From Lama glama (lineage: Eukaryota): a DNA stretch of 64,000 nt. Position numbers and translations under genes: made by a program. The stretch is taken from positions 92,134,001-92,198,000 of the forward strand of contig CM052816.1 in assembly GCA_028534125.1 (NCBI GenBank), written 5' to 3'. The notes below the pieces were generated by a model that searched no databases, was not told the origin of the DNA, and saw only the letters and a list, made by a program, of their open reading frames with translations. Shown here piece by piece: positions 1 through 11,129 of this stretch (the first letter of the stretch is position 1; each line of letters starts with the position of its first letter).

Positions 1-334
1 CAATAGTACCAAGAAAGCCCCAGTCTGTTCTCCAATATGGCACCTCTGTCCCAAGCAGGGTCTCCTTTGTAGATGCCACACTGTGTTTACTCACTCCAGA
101 GTCTTTGTCCTTGTTGATTTCACTACCTCCACCTAGATTAAGAGGCCCTCTTCTCTCTGACATTCTATTTGAACCCATCCTTGATAGCCCCATTCAAACT
201 AAACTTCCTCCAAGAATAATTCCTTGAATAATGCTTGATATTCTCCTGCCTTGGGTTTACTTATATTTATGGTTATTGATTATGTAGGGTTATTAATGTA
301 TTTATACACAATGGCAGCAGATGCCAGCCATGCC

Positions 335-398
335 CCATTCATTCCTCCTCATTCATTCATTCATTCCTTCTCATTCATTCATTCATTCCTCCTCATTC
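335..398. repeat. (CATT)n simple repeat, probably an L2 3' tail
   Basis: Tandem cattcattc units following L2-like sequence. Confidence 0.7.
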
Positions 399-409
399 CC
401 TTGCACACC

Positions 410-800
410 TTTGGCTTTGTGATATAAGGACCCGGGACTCTGCCTGAAGGCTTTCTCTGGTCAACAGAACATGCTGGCCAGCACATGTGTGGAGCAGGAC
501 GAAGTGCAGGAATTCCCCAGGAACAAAGCAAGTCTCAACCAGTGACCTGTGGAAGCTGGAAGGTATATACTCCCAGTCTGTCACCAGATCGTGTCACACA
601 ATCTAAGGGGTCCAGCAGGATTCGTCTCAGTCTCCCATCACAATAACCTCCCTCTGAAGGCACTCTGTATTGGCATCTTTCCTTTCTCTACCTCATATCC
701 CCACTCCCTTAGGAGTACTTCCTGAGGTCGTTTCCCCATGATCTACCTCCACCTGAATTCTTGTCTACAGATCTGTTCATTGGAGACACAATAGAAACAG
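410..800 (+). mobile_element. ERVL solo LTR, LTR16-like
   Basis: Resembles the remembered LTR16 consensus, including the 3' part ccccactccct...ttcctg...tcttgtct...aaaca. Confidence 0.6.
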
Positions 801-1780
801 CAGTGTTCATACTTTCTTATATGCTTTTAGAATAATGACTTCCCTTCCTTAATTGTTACCTTCCCAACAAGATGCTCAGTTTCCCTGGGGCAGAGCATGT
901 CTTTTCCTTCTTTGTGGCCAGTCTTAAGATTTATTGTCACAGCAGTGAGATAAATACAAGAAACAAGAGTAAGTACTTAGAGATTTTTATAGCAATTTTC
1001 TATTTCTATACCATCCAAGGGTGCGATCTGTGGGGTCACCTTGTGAACAGGTATGGAGTATTTGGGGGACGGTCAAACTTTCGTGATGAGTCATAGGTGG
1101 CATGAACCGCCTACTAGTCATGTGCAGGATGACCAAGTATCAGATGTGGACAGGTTAGAAATTTCATTAAAGGAGATTCCACCCCAGATAAACTCAAAAT
1201 CCCTGCTGTAGAGCATCTCAAACAATTCTGGATGTGCAAGTGATGTGCACAGTAATTACACTTAATGTTTTGTTTTCTTAGACACCTTAGGATAAATATG
1301 TAGTCAGATCAGTAGACTGACTGATACCCATTTTTATTTGGCATTGATTTTTACACAGATTAATTCCGTGATGGATTATACTCAGATTTACTTTGGTTCA
1401 ATCATGCACCAGGATTTAGATATGTAAGCTTTACATGATGGAGGCTAAAATAAAAACTGACAAAATCTGACATGCTAAAAGAATCTGGAGGCACTGACAA
1501 TTTTCCCCAATCCTTCCTTTCTGATTTAATCTATCTATACCACACAGTCCTTTTCAGATTTGATCTCTGAGTAGATCTCAAAATAATGTTCCTGCTTGCT
1601 TGTCCCTTTTTCTTTACTACAAATCTCAGAAGGAAATAAAACATTTTGAGATCCTAATCGGCTATCATGGTCCTATCCCCAGGGATGAGAGCAAATAAAA
1701 TAAAGCCAGAGATTCATTAAACTCATTTTTGAGTCATCTACGATGTCTCAGATCTAGTTATGATAGAGTTGTTCTATGTA

Positions 1781-2085
1781 CAAGCATCCCCCATTTTATC
1801 ATGCTTCACAGATACTGTGTTCTTTACAAATTGAAGGTTTGGGGCAAGTCTATCAGCACCATTTTTCCAACAACATTTGTTTCTTTGTCTCTGAGTTACA
1901 TTTTGGTTATTCTCACAATGTTTCAAGCTTTTTCGTTGTTATTAGATTTGTTTTGGTGATCTATGATCAGTGACCTTTGATGTGACTATTGTCATTGTTT
2001 GGGGGCGCTACAAACTGCAAATATAACATCAACGTGTGTTCTGCCTGCTCCACCAGCAGGCTGTTTCCCCATCTTTCTCTGTCTC
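1781..2085 (+). mobile_element. Tigger1 DNA transposon 5' fragment
   Basis: After TA: ...gcttcacagatactgtgttctttacaaattgaaggtttggggcaag...agcaccatttttccaaca, typical of the Tigger1 left end. Confidence 0.8.
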
Positions 2086-2089
2086 CCAT

Positions 2090-2305
2090 GGACTCATGGG
2101 GTTAATGAAGCAGACCTCACTACTTGATAGGAAGATCTGCAGAAAAAGTTGTGGTCAATTTTGCGATTTTCCACATGTACCAACCTTGTGCCTAAAATTG
2201 GGGCATCTCACTACTTAACAGAAAAATCAACTCCTTATCTTGTTTAAGCCTTGATCTTCTTTGAGTGTGTTGCTAATAGAGTTACCATAATTCCTAACTG
2301 ATGCA
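2090..2305 (+). mobile_element. MaLR MLT1-type LTR 3' fragment
   Basis: cttgtttaagcc...tgttgct...attcctaactgatgca terminus. Confidence 0.5.
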
Positions 2306-2570
2306 AATATTTTAAGAAGCAGTCAGACACTTGCCATTTTTCTGAGTGTGAGACCCAGGAAATTGGCCTGGCCTGCCTTGAAGAAATGTTTAATTTCAGG
2401 CTGAAAATAAATTCACAGACAGTAGTATACCCACAGTGAAGGCAGAAAAAGAAATGCTAAATTATCATATATGCTGCGATTTCAAAAAAGAAATGCTACT
2501 CTTCCACACACACCCAACCGCCACCAACAAAGTAATTTCTTCTGTGGAATACAATGTGTAGACTTTGTAT

Positions 2571-3088
2571 TGTATCCATCAGTCAGAGCTCTGGCAGAAA
2601 CACAGTGGCACACTCGGGTGAGGGTAATTTAAAGAGAGTTTAGTAAAAAGATTAATTTAAAAGCTATAGGCTGGTGGTGTGGGGGTGGGGGGACAAAAAT
2701 GTTTGTGCAGTGCTCGGGCCCTGAGGCTTAGAAGAGAAGTTCTTTGCTACCACCTTTAGGCCTGAAGAGAAGGAGGGAGCTGGCAGTTACCAGCCCCCAG
2801 AGCAGAGGTCTGCGTGGATAGGACCACCTGCCCATAACTGAAGCCTTCCTTCAAAGAGTGAAAACCAACCTGCGGTGACCCTGAAGGCAACATCCTAGGC
2901 AAATCAATGCCCTGATGCCCTCTCATCTCTCTCCCACCTCCTGCTGACACTCCCCATTGGTCAGACCCAGCTAGAAGCTAGAGGGCAGGAGACCTTCTTG
3001 GTGTGGTCTATACTGGTCCATGCCTGAGGGCAGGAGCAAGATGGCAAACTGGGAAGTGGCTCTGGAGATGCAAACAGAAGACATCCAC
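2571..3088 (-). mobile_element. ERVL solo LTR, LTR33-like
   Basis: gtggcacactc...ggtaattt..agagagttta..aaa..attaatttaaaag and ccccattggtcagacccagctagaagctagagggca resemble LTR33 in reverse orientation. Confidence 0.6.
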
Positions 3089-3223
3089 GGGGTGAAGAAA
3101 GAGACTCCAATTCTTAACGGAAGAAGCTTCAAAAAAGTGTGGCTATTTGACAACCTACAGTACCAATGGGCCCCATATTTAAATACCAACTGTTTCCTAT
3201 GTTCTTTTAAAAGTCTTATGACT

Positions 3224-3591
3224 TGTGTTAGTCTAGGGCTAGGGCTGCCATAACAAAATACCATGGACTGGGTGGGAAATGTATTTCCCACAGATCTGGA
3301 GGCTGGAAGTCCAAGATCGAGGTTTCTCAGAGATGGTTTCTCCTAAGGCCTCTCTCTTTGGCATATAGATACCCACCTCTCTGTCCTCACAGTCTTTCCT
3401 CTGTGCACATGCATCCCTAGTGTCTCCTCCTCCTCTTAAAACGACACCAGCCATATTGGATCAGGGTCCAACCCAAATGACCTCATTCAACCTTTATTAC
3501 CTCCTTAAAGACCCTGTTTCCAAATACAGTCACATGAGGAGTTAGGGCTTCAACCAATGAATTTTGGAGGTAAACAATTCAGTCCATAACA
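3224..3591 (-). mobile_element. MaLR MLT1A/B-type solo LTR
   Basis: tgtgttagtc...agggctgccataacaaaatacca...aattcagtccataaca, with 5-bp TSD tgact/tgaca. Confidence 0.85.
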
Positions 3592-4692
3592 TGACATTTT
3601 GTCCTTTATTTCTGGTTTGATCTGTGCAAAAGGAATTCTCTATGTAGCTCTGAAGTTGTAAGCCCTCCTAACTGCTGTGGCTAGTGAATGTAATTCCGAA
3701 ATGATAAAGAGAGGCTTCATAGGACGGGGTAAGAGGGTGTGGAGTTCTAAATAGTAAATTAATTTCAGATAACCTCTTATGTTTAAAGCTGAAAACATTT
3801 GCATGAATAAAATTCTGTTTCACATTTGGTAACCACGGAAGTGTCCTCACTAGGATGTCCCAGAATCCCCTGGGGACCATGTAGGCTTCAAGGGTTTAAC
3901 ATTGTCTCCTAGAAGGGGATCCCCACCACATCTCAAAGTATTACATGGTAATTAAAAGCTGTATTCAAATTGGCATCTGCAACTCCAAAAGTTATATAAA
4001 GTTGGGACTCATTTAACCCAAAGCCTCAAATTCAGTCTCTTATTCCTTTGGATAAAGGAAAATATAATCAATAGCAGATGATGATAGATTTCTTATATTA
4101 AAAGAACGGGTATAAAAGATTTTGTATCTTCCTTTTCTGATGCATAACATGGCTTAAAAAAATGATGATAGAAAACACCAGGTGTGGGGAACAGCACAAG
4201 AGATCTAAAATGGTACCGGGGTCATCAGAGGCGAAACCTGTCATTCTGGCCCTGCCTGTTCTCCACAGAAGGGCCCCTGCAATCCAGGAGGGTACGTGTG
4301 CAGATAAAGGATCTTTCTCTGTAGTGTCCTTTTCTCTCCTGGAAGCTTAAGTTTTCTGTTGGTGGCATCTCTCTTGCACCCTGGGCAGAAACAGCAATAT
4401 GCAGGTCCCTACCTGCTTACCTGGGGCTGTCCCAACTCCAACCTCAACTCACCCAACCTGGGTTGCCTCACAGAAGGCTATCATAAAATTCCTCATTTCT
4501 TCTGCTGCTTAAAATCTTTAACTTTTGCTTTCTTTCCTAAGCAAGAGATTCCTGGCTCAAGAGCCTTTAAGACTTCCATTGTAGAATTATAGATTTGTTA
4601 ACTCTTCAACAAAATATAAATATGGGACTTCTAAAGCTTAAAATTTAATTTTCCCTTTAAAGGGACTCTTGGTCATGGGAAAAATGATCTCA

Positions 4693-5437
4693 TTACATCA
4701 AGCACACAAATTCTAGGGTCAATATAGAGTCTAGAATCATCAAAAAATTTAAATCTCAGTAAAATCCCCAATATTAAATATTCATACACATGTATTTATT
4801 ATATATATATGTGTAAATATATGTTCATATATCATATTTAAATACATATATGAATTTTTAAGAAAGAGCTGGAAATTATTGACAATGTTATAACTAAATA
4901 CAAGCAAAATTTTCATAATCTAAAACCCGCCAATACAAACTCAGAATTCCCAGAAAAGTTAAATTTTCATTAATCCCATCTCCTGTCATAGCCAAAGTGC
5001 ACTGATCTTCATGGCTCTTAGAAGTAAGGATTCTCCTCCATAGAAGGTTGTTATTTAAACTTAAACTTAGTAATTGTACAGGTATATTAAAAACATTAGC
5101 CATCAGAAGACCAAGTACTAATATGATTTTTTTTCCCTAGAAACAATGCCTTCCAAGTGAAAAATTTTCAAACTCAATTAAAGGACAAATGTTTATTTAA
5201 AAAGTAAACATTGCAAATGCATGAAGTTGCTAGATGTACTACCCATAGCTTTGATGAGCTTGAGCTCTTCAGCAAATTAAAGTTTAGAATGTGCTCCAGA
5301 TAAAATATTAATGGTTAGGTTGTTGAGATATTGTATTATTACTTAGGGTCCTCCAGTGGCAGAAATTTTATTGAGATTTAAATTTTCTGATGATTCTAGA
5401 CTCTGTACTGACCCTGGCATTTGTATGGTTGATGTAA
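4693..5437. repeat. 73-bp inverted repeat pair (4693-4765 and 5365-5437)
   Basis: Arm 1 versus the reverse complement of arm 2 gives 65/73 identities by manual alignment, with no gaps. Confidence 0.9.
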
Positions 5438-5514
5438 CTGTGTGTTGCATAATGTTGGGTTACAGTTATTTTAAAGTATTGTTGAAATGTATCAAAGATG
5501 AAGACTACTCTTTT

Positions 5515-5755
5515 CACTAACTCATTCACTTAAGTAATACTTGTTGCACACCTATCATATAAAAGTCACTGTCCTTGGGTTTCAGCGTTGGAAAAAAGAA
5601 TAATCATTGCTCTTTGGAGCTTACCATTGAGACAAACAATTTTAAAATAAACAAAATAAAGAAAGGATAAAGCACATAAGAAGATAATAAGTACCATGAA
5701 AAAATGGAGTAAATAGCCCGGCAGAAGGAGGTAAGGAGTGAGGAGAGGGTGTAGA
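5515..5755 (-). mobile_element. L2 (L2a-like) 3' fragment
   Basis: cattcac..aatacttgttgcacacctat....gtcactgt...tggagcttac...taataagtaccatgaa matches the L2a 3' end in reverse. Confidence 0.7.
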
Positions 5756-6764
5756 TACTAAAGTCTAACCCTGGTTCAAGAGTTATCAATCAATGTCCTT
5801 GACTTCTCCAAGGGGACTCTTGTCCCCTCAAGTGATACAGAAAACAATCTCCAAACTATTTCCATTTGACCTGTGTCAACAAGAAAACTTTATAATTGCT
5901 TCCATCTAAGTTCAAATATCCCATGTATTTCACAGGTGACCATTGTTATCTTAAGATTTCAGTGTTGGCTGCTTTTGGACAAGAATGAGGGACAGCACAT
6001 TTGGAGACAGAGCTGATGCACTGATATACTATTCTCTGCAGGAACTGATTTAATCACTCTTCAGTGGGTGATCCGCCCCTCCTCTGGGGCTGTCCCACCA
6101 CCCGTTGCTAGCCATTGTCACAGCACGATTGCTAGGTGTCCTGCTTCCATTAAAGGAAGTCCATTGCTCAGGACAATGTGTGGAGCAGAGAGCAAACACT
6201 CCAGGAGCTGCTTGTCACTCCTCTGCTCCTAATCTCTCTGATGTGGTGGGAAGCCTCAACTGTGGGATGAAGAGGATTCAAGGTCACGAGCTAATTAAAA
6301 ATGGCCCCTGCTGGAAAATATGGGCCTGTGCTTTCCTGGTACTGCCTTTTGTTCATTGGAGCACAAGGACCTAGGAATAATATGGTCCTTCATCCCTTAT
6401 GTCAAGGTACGAAAGACATATAGCTTTCTACATGCTGACCTTCTTTCATGAACCACACATCACTGGAGGGATATTATTTCACCTGAATTGAAATGTGTAA
6501 CAGTTAAACTTTAAGGGATGAAAATCTCCCTGAAGTTTCTGTGAATGGCAAAACCTTACTTTAAAAACTGGTATTTCCCCACACTCTCACAGGGGGGAAA
6601 ACATAGAGGTGCCCATCCTTCACTTAGCAAATCTAGTCCCTAGATTATTATGCTATGCCAACAATGATGCTTGCACCTTAAAAACTAAGTGTGTGTTGGG
6701 CTGTGCTCAAAAAGTAACATTTTCAAGGTGTAAGATCATTCTGTGTGAAGGAAGAAAAATAGCT

Positions 6765-6925
6765 CACATAGAAAAAAATGTGACATTGAGTGTGTATATG
6801 TCCATGTATGACTGAAAAATTGTGCTGAACACTGGAATTTGACACAACATTGTACAATGATTATAAATCAATAAAAAATGTTAAAAAATTACTTTTTTCC
6901 CCTGTCAAAAAAAGAAAAGAAAAAA
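6765..6925 (+). mobile_element. Young, 5'-truncated L1 3' end (camelid-type) with A-tail and TSD
   Basis: gtgacattgagtgtgtatatgtccatgtatgactgaaaaattgtgctgaacactggaatttgacacaacattgt, followed by an A-rich tail; TSD aaaaatagct on both sides. Confidence 0.85.
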
Positions 6926-8249
6926 ATAGCTTTACAAAAGAAGGTATGATAGGTTTGAAAAACAGGAGATATAAGTTGCTTCAAGTATTCTGATAACACT
7001 GAGGATTAAAATCTTGTTAGATATAAGAGTAATGTTGCTAAATGATGTTAAAGTTGCATCTTTTAGAAAAATGGCAGATTTGTCTCATAAGGCGTTAAAC
7101 AAAATGTATGTGTATAAATTTAGAGGGGGGAAGGATTTAAAAGTCTGAAAGTGGATCTTATTCAGGTCCAACTTTGAAATAACATGGTGCAAAAAGGGGC
7201 ATCAAGAAGGAAAACCATAGAAGACTATTAAACCCCCTTATCTTTTCTGAAAGACTGACTCCTATAGTCTTCTGTTAAGTATCAGTTTTCTTTAGACTCT
7301 ATATTTCTGACTCCATTCTTACCAAATGAAATCCTGTCTATAGCCATGAATACACAAGCCTTCTTAATAAGTTACATTGGTATAAAGAATTCTGAAAATA
7401 TGGGGTGGGGTGTGTAAGTAGGTACAAGAAAGAGCATTCCAGAGTAAAACCATTTAGAAGAAATTTTTTAGATAAAGTTGACGGCTGGGAATATTCACTA
7501 GGATTAAATGATTTTCAGGTTTGGTAACTAAGCAAGCATTCTTTTAAGTTTTGCCCATAAAAATCCCCCTTGAATCCAGATGGATCCCAAAGGTTCAGTG
7601 TAATCTCCCCTGGAATGTAAAAATATTACATACTAATTGATTAACATGGTACCTCTATTGAAATTGGCATCTGCAGCTCCAAAAAGTTTTGATTGGCAAA
7701 AGAGCTCAGACACATTCCTGCTCTTCTCCATTGGGCCAAAGGAAAAGCTAATAAATCAATATCCTGCAAGGTAATGCATAGAGAATTTGTATTACCCCTT
7801 CCAGAGCAGAATTACCCTTCACTAAATAACAAGAGAAGGCTTGCTAATACTCCAAATCGATGCCTCAGGTAAGACAGCAGATGCACTATCGTGGTCTTAT
7901 CTTCAACATGTTCTTATCATCACCCTTTACATTCCTAAAGGCAGGGGATGGGGTCAGGACTTCTCTTAAGAGTCTGTACAGCTCTAGGACCATTTATTCT
8001 ATTTAACAACTTAAGAGTTCTCCTGTTGATTTCAGAAAAGTCAAAATACACTGATCTGGGCAACCAACATTCTTCATAGTACGGCTCCTCCACAGTAGCT
8101 CCCAGTTATCCATTCACTCTGTACATCCCAATGCAAGACTCTAAACCAACCAGAAAGCTTCCTCGCTGCCCTGAAATATACTGCATGTATTTTTTTTTTT
8201 TTATGATATGGAACATGACTTCTCCCTAGAGATCCCAATTCTACCCAGC

Positions 8250-8721
8250 TGTGACAAGCAGAGGAATAGCCTCAATTCCTGGAAGCTGTGGCTACATTAC
8301 CTGGTGTGACTAAAGGGCTTTTGCATATCTGGTTAAATTTATTATCTTCAGATGGGGAGATTATCCTGGATTATCTTGTAAGCCTATGTAGTCATAAGGG
8401 TCCTTATTAGTGAAAGAGGAGGACGTGAGAAGCAGAGTCAGAAAAGAGATGAATAGACAGAAGCAGAGGTCAGAGCAACATGATTTCTAGCTTTGAAGAT
8501 GGAAGAAGGCCATGAGCCAAGAATGCTGGCAGCTTCTAGAATCTGGGAAAAACAAGGAAGTGGATTCTCCCTTAGAGTCCCTGGCAGAAGTAGAACCCTG
8601 CTGACACCTTGATGTTAGCCCATTTTGGATTTCTGACCTCCAGGGTGATAAGAATAAATTTGTGTTTTAAGCCTCTAAGTTGGTGGTGATATGTTACAGC
8701 AGCAAGTGGAAAACTGACACA
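8250..8721 (+). mobile_element. MaLR MLT1D-like solo LTR within L2 remnants
   Basis: gatggggagattatcctggattatc...tttgaagatggaagaaggccatgagccaag...gttacagcagcaa. Confidence 0.85.
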
Positions 8722-9115
8722 TAAGGCTTAAAGGTGCATCTCAAGTCTCACTTACTTGGAAGTTCTACTCAAGCACTCTAACCCATTCTGCAAGGTTCTC
8801 TTTAAAGTTGCTTGCATATCTACTTGTTTTACCATTATGCCTCCAATACAAGATGTCTGGTAGCAATAAAATTGTACTTCAATGTACAAGAGAGGAGTGT
8901 GGGCTGAAGATGCATATAAATCTCATAGAAGACAAGCCATAAAAAAGAATAAAATCACTTAGGGTTTGTACCATGAGACTAGAAGTGAAGCCATGTCCTT
9001 CACTTTCTGAAATGTTCTTGAATAATTTTTTGATGATTTTTCCCCATACAGATTCTGTTCTCTTTTCCAGAACTACTCTTATTCAAATGTTAAGCTTCCT
9101 TGACTGGTCCCCTAA

Positions 9116-9460
9116 TTTTTTTTAACTTTTTTTATTGAATTAGAGTCATTTTACAATGTTGTGTCAAATTCCAGTGTAGAGCACAATTTTTCAGTTAATA
9201 CGTGAACATACATATATTCATTGTCTCATTTTTTTTTTGCTGTGAGCTACCACAAGATCTTGTATATATTTCCCTGTGCTATACAGTATAATCTTGTTTA
9301 TTTATTCTGTATTTTAAAATCCCAGTCTGTCCCTTCCCACCCCCCGCCCCCTTAGCAACCACAAGTTTGTATTCTATGTCTCTGAGTCTGTTTCTGTTTT
9401 GTATTTATGCTCATTTTTTTTGATTCCACATATGAGCGATCTCATATGGTATCTTTCTTT
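9116..9460 (-). mobile_element. Young camelid-type L1 3' end nested in the old L1
   Basis: Reverse complement of the same family as 6765 (tttacaatgttgtgtcaaattccagtgtagagcacaatttttcagt); T-tail; ctaattt on both flanks. Confidence 0.85.
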
Positions 9461-10363
9461 CTAATTTCCTTACCATTTCTCTCCTATTGTCCAACTTTTG
9501 GCTCTACTTTCTGTCAGAGTCCCTCAACCTCATCTTCTAACCCTTCCACATATTTTTTATTTCTGACATCAAGTTTTCAATTTCCAAGAGCAATGTTTTG
9601 TTCTCTGATTTTTTTTCCTTGTTTTTGCTTATATTTTTAATGCATCCTGTTTTTGTCTTGTGGTTGCAAAATATTTTCTCACCTCTAAGGATGTTAATAT
9701 TAAAGTTGGTTTGAAGTTCTCCTTTATATTTTCTGTTTCTCCAGGTTTTCTGTTTTTATTGCATATTTTATTTTCTGTTTTGTTGTTTGGATCTCTACTT
9801 TTAGTGGTCTTCCTTAGATGTCTGACAATTGGTTTCTTGCTCCTGAATCACAGTGGGGAAATAAAAGTGTACTTAGAAGCCCTGTAGATAGAGATTGGCA
9901 GCTTGGAGCATTATTGTGGAGTGATCTTGGTGCGCCTTTTGTTGGAAAACTACTGATGTCAGTAAATTCACATATTTGCTCTTTCTATTACTTCACTATT
10001 ATATATAATACATATGTATATGGATCATGCAGTATATGTACGTACTATGTGCAATGCCATCCATAGGCATTACATGTATGTGCTTTATTGGGTTAAGATG
10101 CTTCCCTTCAAGTCCTGCCTTGTAGAGCTTGTAGAGAGGTTTCATATGAAATGTATTGATTTACTGTGCTTTCTTCTTTTTTATTTATTACATTAATTAC
10201 TTCTTTTTTCCATAACTTTGATTTTAATTTCTTATTTTAAAGATTTTTTTTCTCTTTCCTAGCTTCTTAAATGTAAGTATTTAGAGCCATTAATTTGCCT
10301 CTAAGCTGTGCTTTGGTTGCATCCCATAAATTTTAATGTCATGTTTAAATATGGTTTAATTCA

Positions 10364-11129
10364 CACCCAAGGCAGGGCAGGCTGCAAGGGCCCCTGGGGC
10401 ACTTGGTGGTCTGGGGATGGGAAGAGCCAAAATGCAAATCAGTAGTTTCCCAACAAAAAGCCCACCAAGATCAATTTTGACATTACAATTCATGACCCTG
10501 ACGTCTCAGGGAGACACACTATTACAATACAGGATGTGGAAATTGAGGCATCTGTGAGGTTAATTACTGGTTTACCCAGGATCTGCTGAAAGCAGAGGAC
10601 AACCCCAATTCCCAGATTTGTGACTTGCACAGACTCACAATACAGATATTGATGAAGACATTACTGTTGCCCTGATGCCAAATGGGAAATCAATGTTATC
10701 ATTGGACAAAGACACCAGTAAAGAAATTGGACTTCAAGGTCATCCATCTCAGTATTCTGGCAAAATACATATGTTGTTTAAAATAATGAGCTTAATAATG
10801 TCATATCAACCCACTGCTCTCCTTAGTCAAAGACAGTGGTGACAAAAGCTGATTTGAGTACACTGATCACTGTAATCACTGGCTTCACACTGCAGAGAAG
10901 ACATGTCTCCTACTGGAACAGCTGTGTCACGGCATTGATGAACCAAAGTTAGTTCTGTGGGTTTCATTGTGGTTCAAGGTTTTCCATACAGCCTTATTCC
11001 ATGGAAAGAAAGTAAACATGGCTTTCAAAAAGGAGGAGAACATTTATATAACTGATTTTTTTTCATCAAGACTATTGTGTACAAGTGGCTCTTGTCTATC
11101 ATAAAAATGACAAAATCTAAAATAAAAAA
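10364..11129 (+). pseudogene. RPP40: Processed pseudogene of RNase P/MRP subunit p40
   Basis: Translates to ETHYYN, NTDIDEDITVALMPNGKSMLSLDKDTSKEIGLQGHPSQYSGK, NNELNNVISTHC, CLLLEQLCHGIDEPKL and KHGFQKGGEHLYN, matching RPP40 (NTHIDEDNTVALLPNGKLILSLDKDTYEETGLQGHPSQFSG; HGFRKGGEHLYN). Intronless, with stops and frameshifts, AATAAA at 11121 plus an A-run, and inserted in L1. Confidence 0.93.

Larger units (their letters stand above)
923..4694 (-). pseudogene. Candidate endogenous mononegavirus-like L (RdRp) fragment, copy A: N-terminus to motif B, split by transposons
   Basis: Minus-strand translation with stops and frameshifts, in order: NEIIFP..SPFKGKI..VPYLYFVEELT (from 4694; cf. measles NQILYPEVHLDSPIVTNKI..VPHAYSLEDPT); TWSPGDx6GHFRGY (~3880-3825); FRAT*RIPF (~3650-3628; cf. 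FRHWGHPF); KEG..SRFF (~1515-1479); STDLTTY (~1316-1296; cf. TTDLTKY, motif A); IPVHKVTPQIAPLDGIE..CYKNL*VLTLVSCIYLTAV (~1055-935; cf. IPLYKVPNDQI..PMGGIEGYCQKLWT and LWTLISISAIHLAAV). After removing the three clear TE insertions this is about 780 codons, close to the expected distance from the N-terminus to GDNQ. Reference sequences are recalled from memory. Confidence 0.6.

Noticed and set aside
1100..1430. Plus-strand resemblance to bornavirus nucleoprotein (MTKY..LKIPAV..MFCFLRHLR)
   Set aside because: It needs several frameshifts and is isolated, whereas the opposite strand gives ordered L motifs with sensible spacing. It illustrates the risk of chance matches by eye.
6515..7147. Plus-strand resemblance to bornavirus matrix protein (VSVNGKTLL..IEVPIL)
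   Set aside because: Mostly a hydrophobic-pattern match; it overlaps the minus-strand L-like frame, which is supported over a much longer range.
3820..7800. Alternative reading as an ancient non-LTR reverse transcriptase (L4/RTE-X or CR1) on the plus strand (KKG..PLSFL, LDKVDGW, RKI..ADD)
   Set aside because: The most conserved RT blocks (DxxxAFD, QGxxLxPxLF) are missing and spacing is about 55 codons too short in both copies. Disfavoured but not excluded; this is the main competing hypothesis to test with Dfam.
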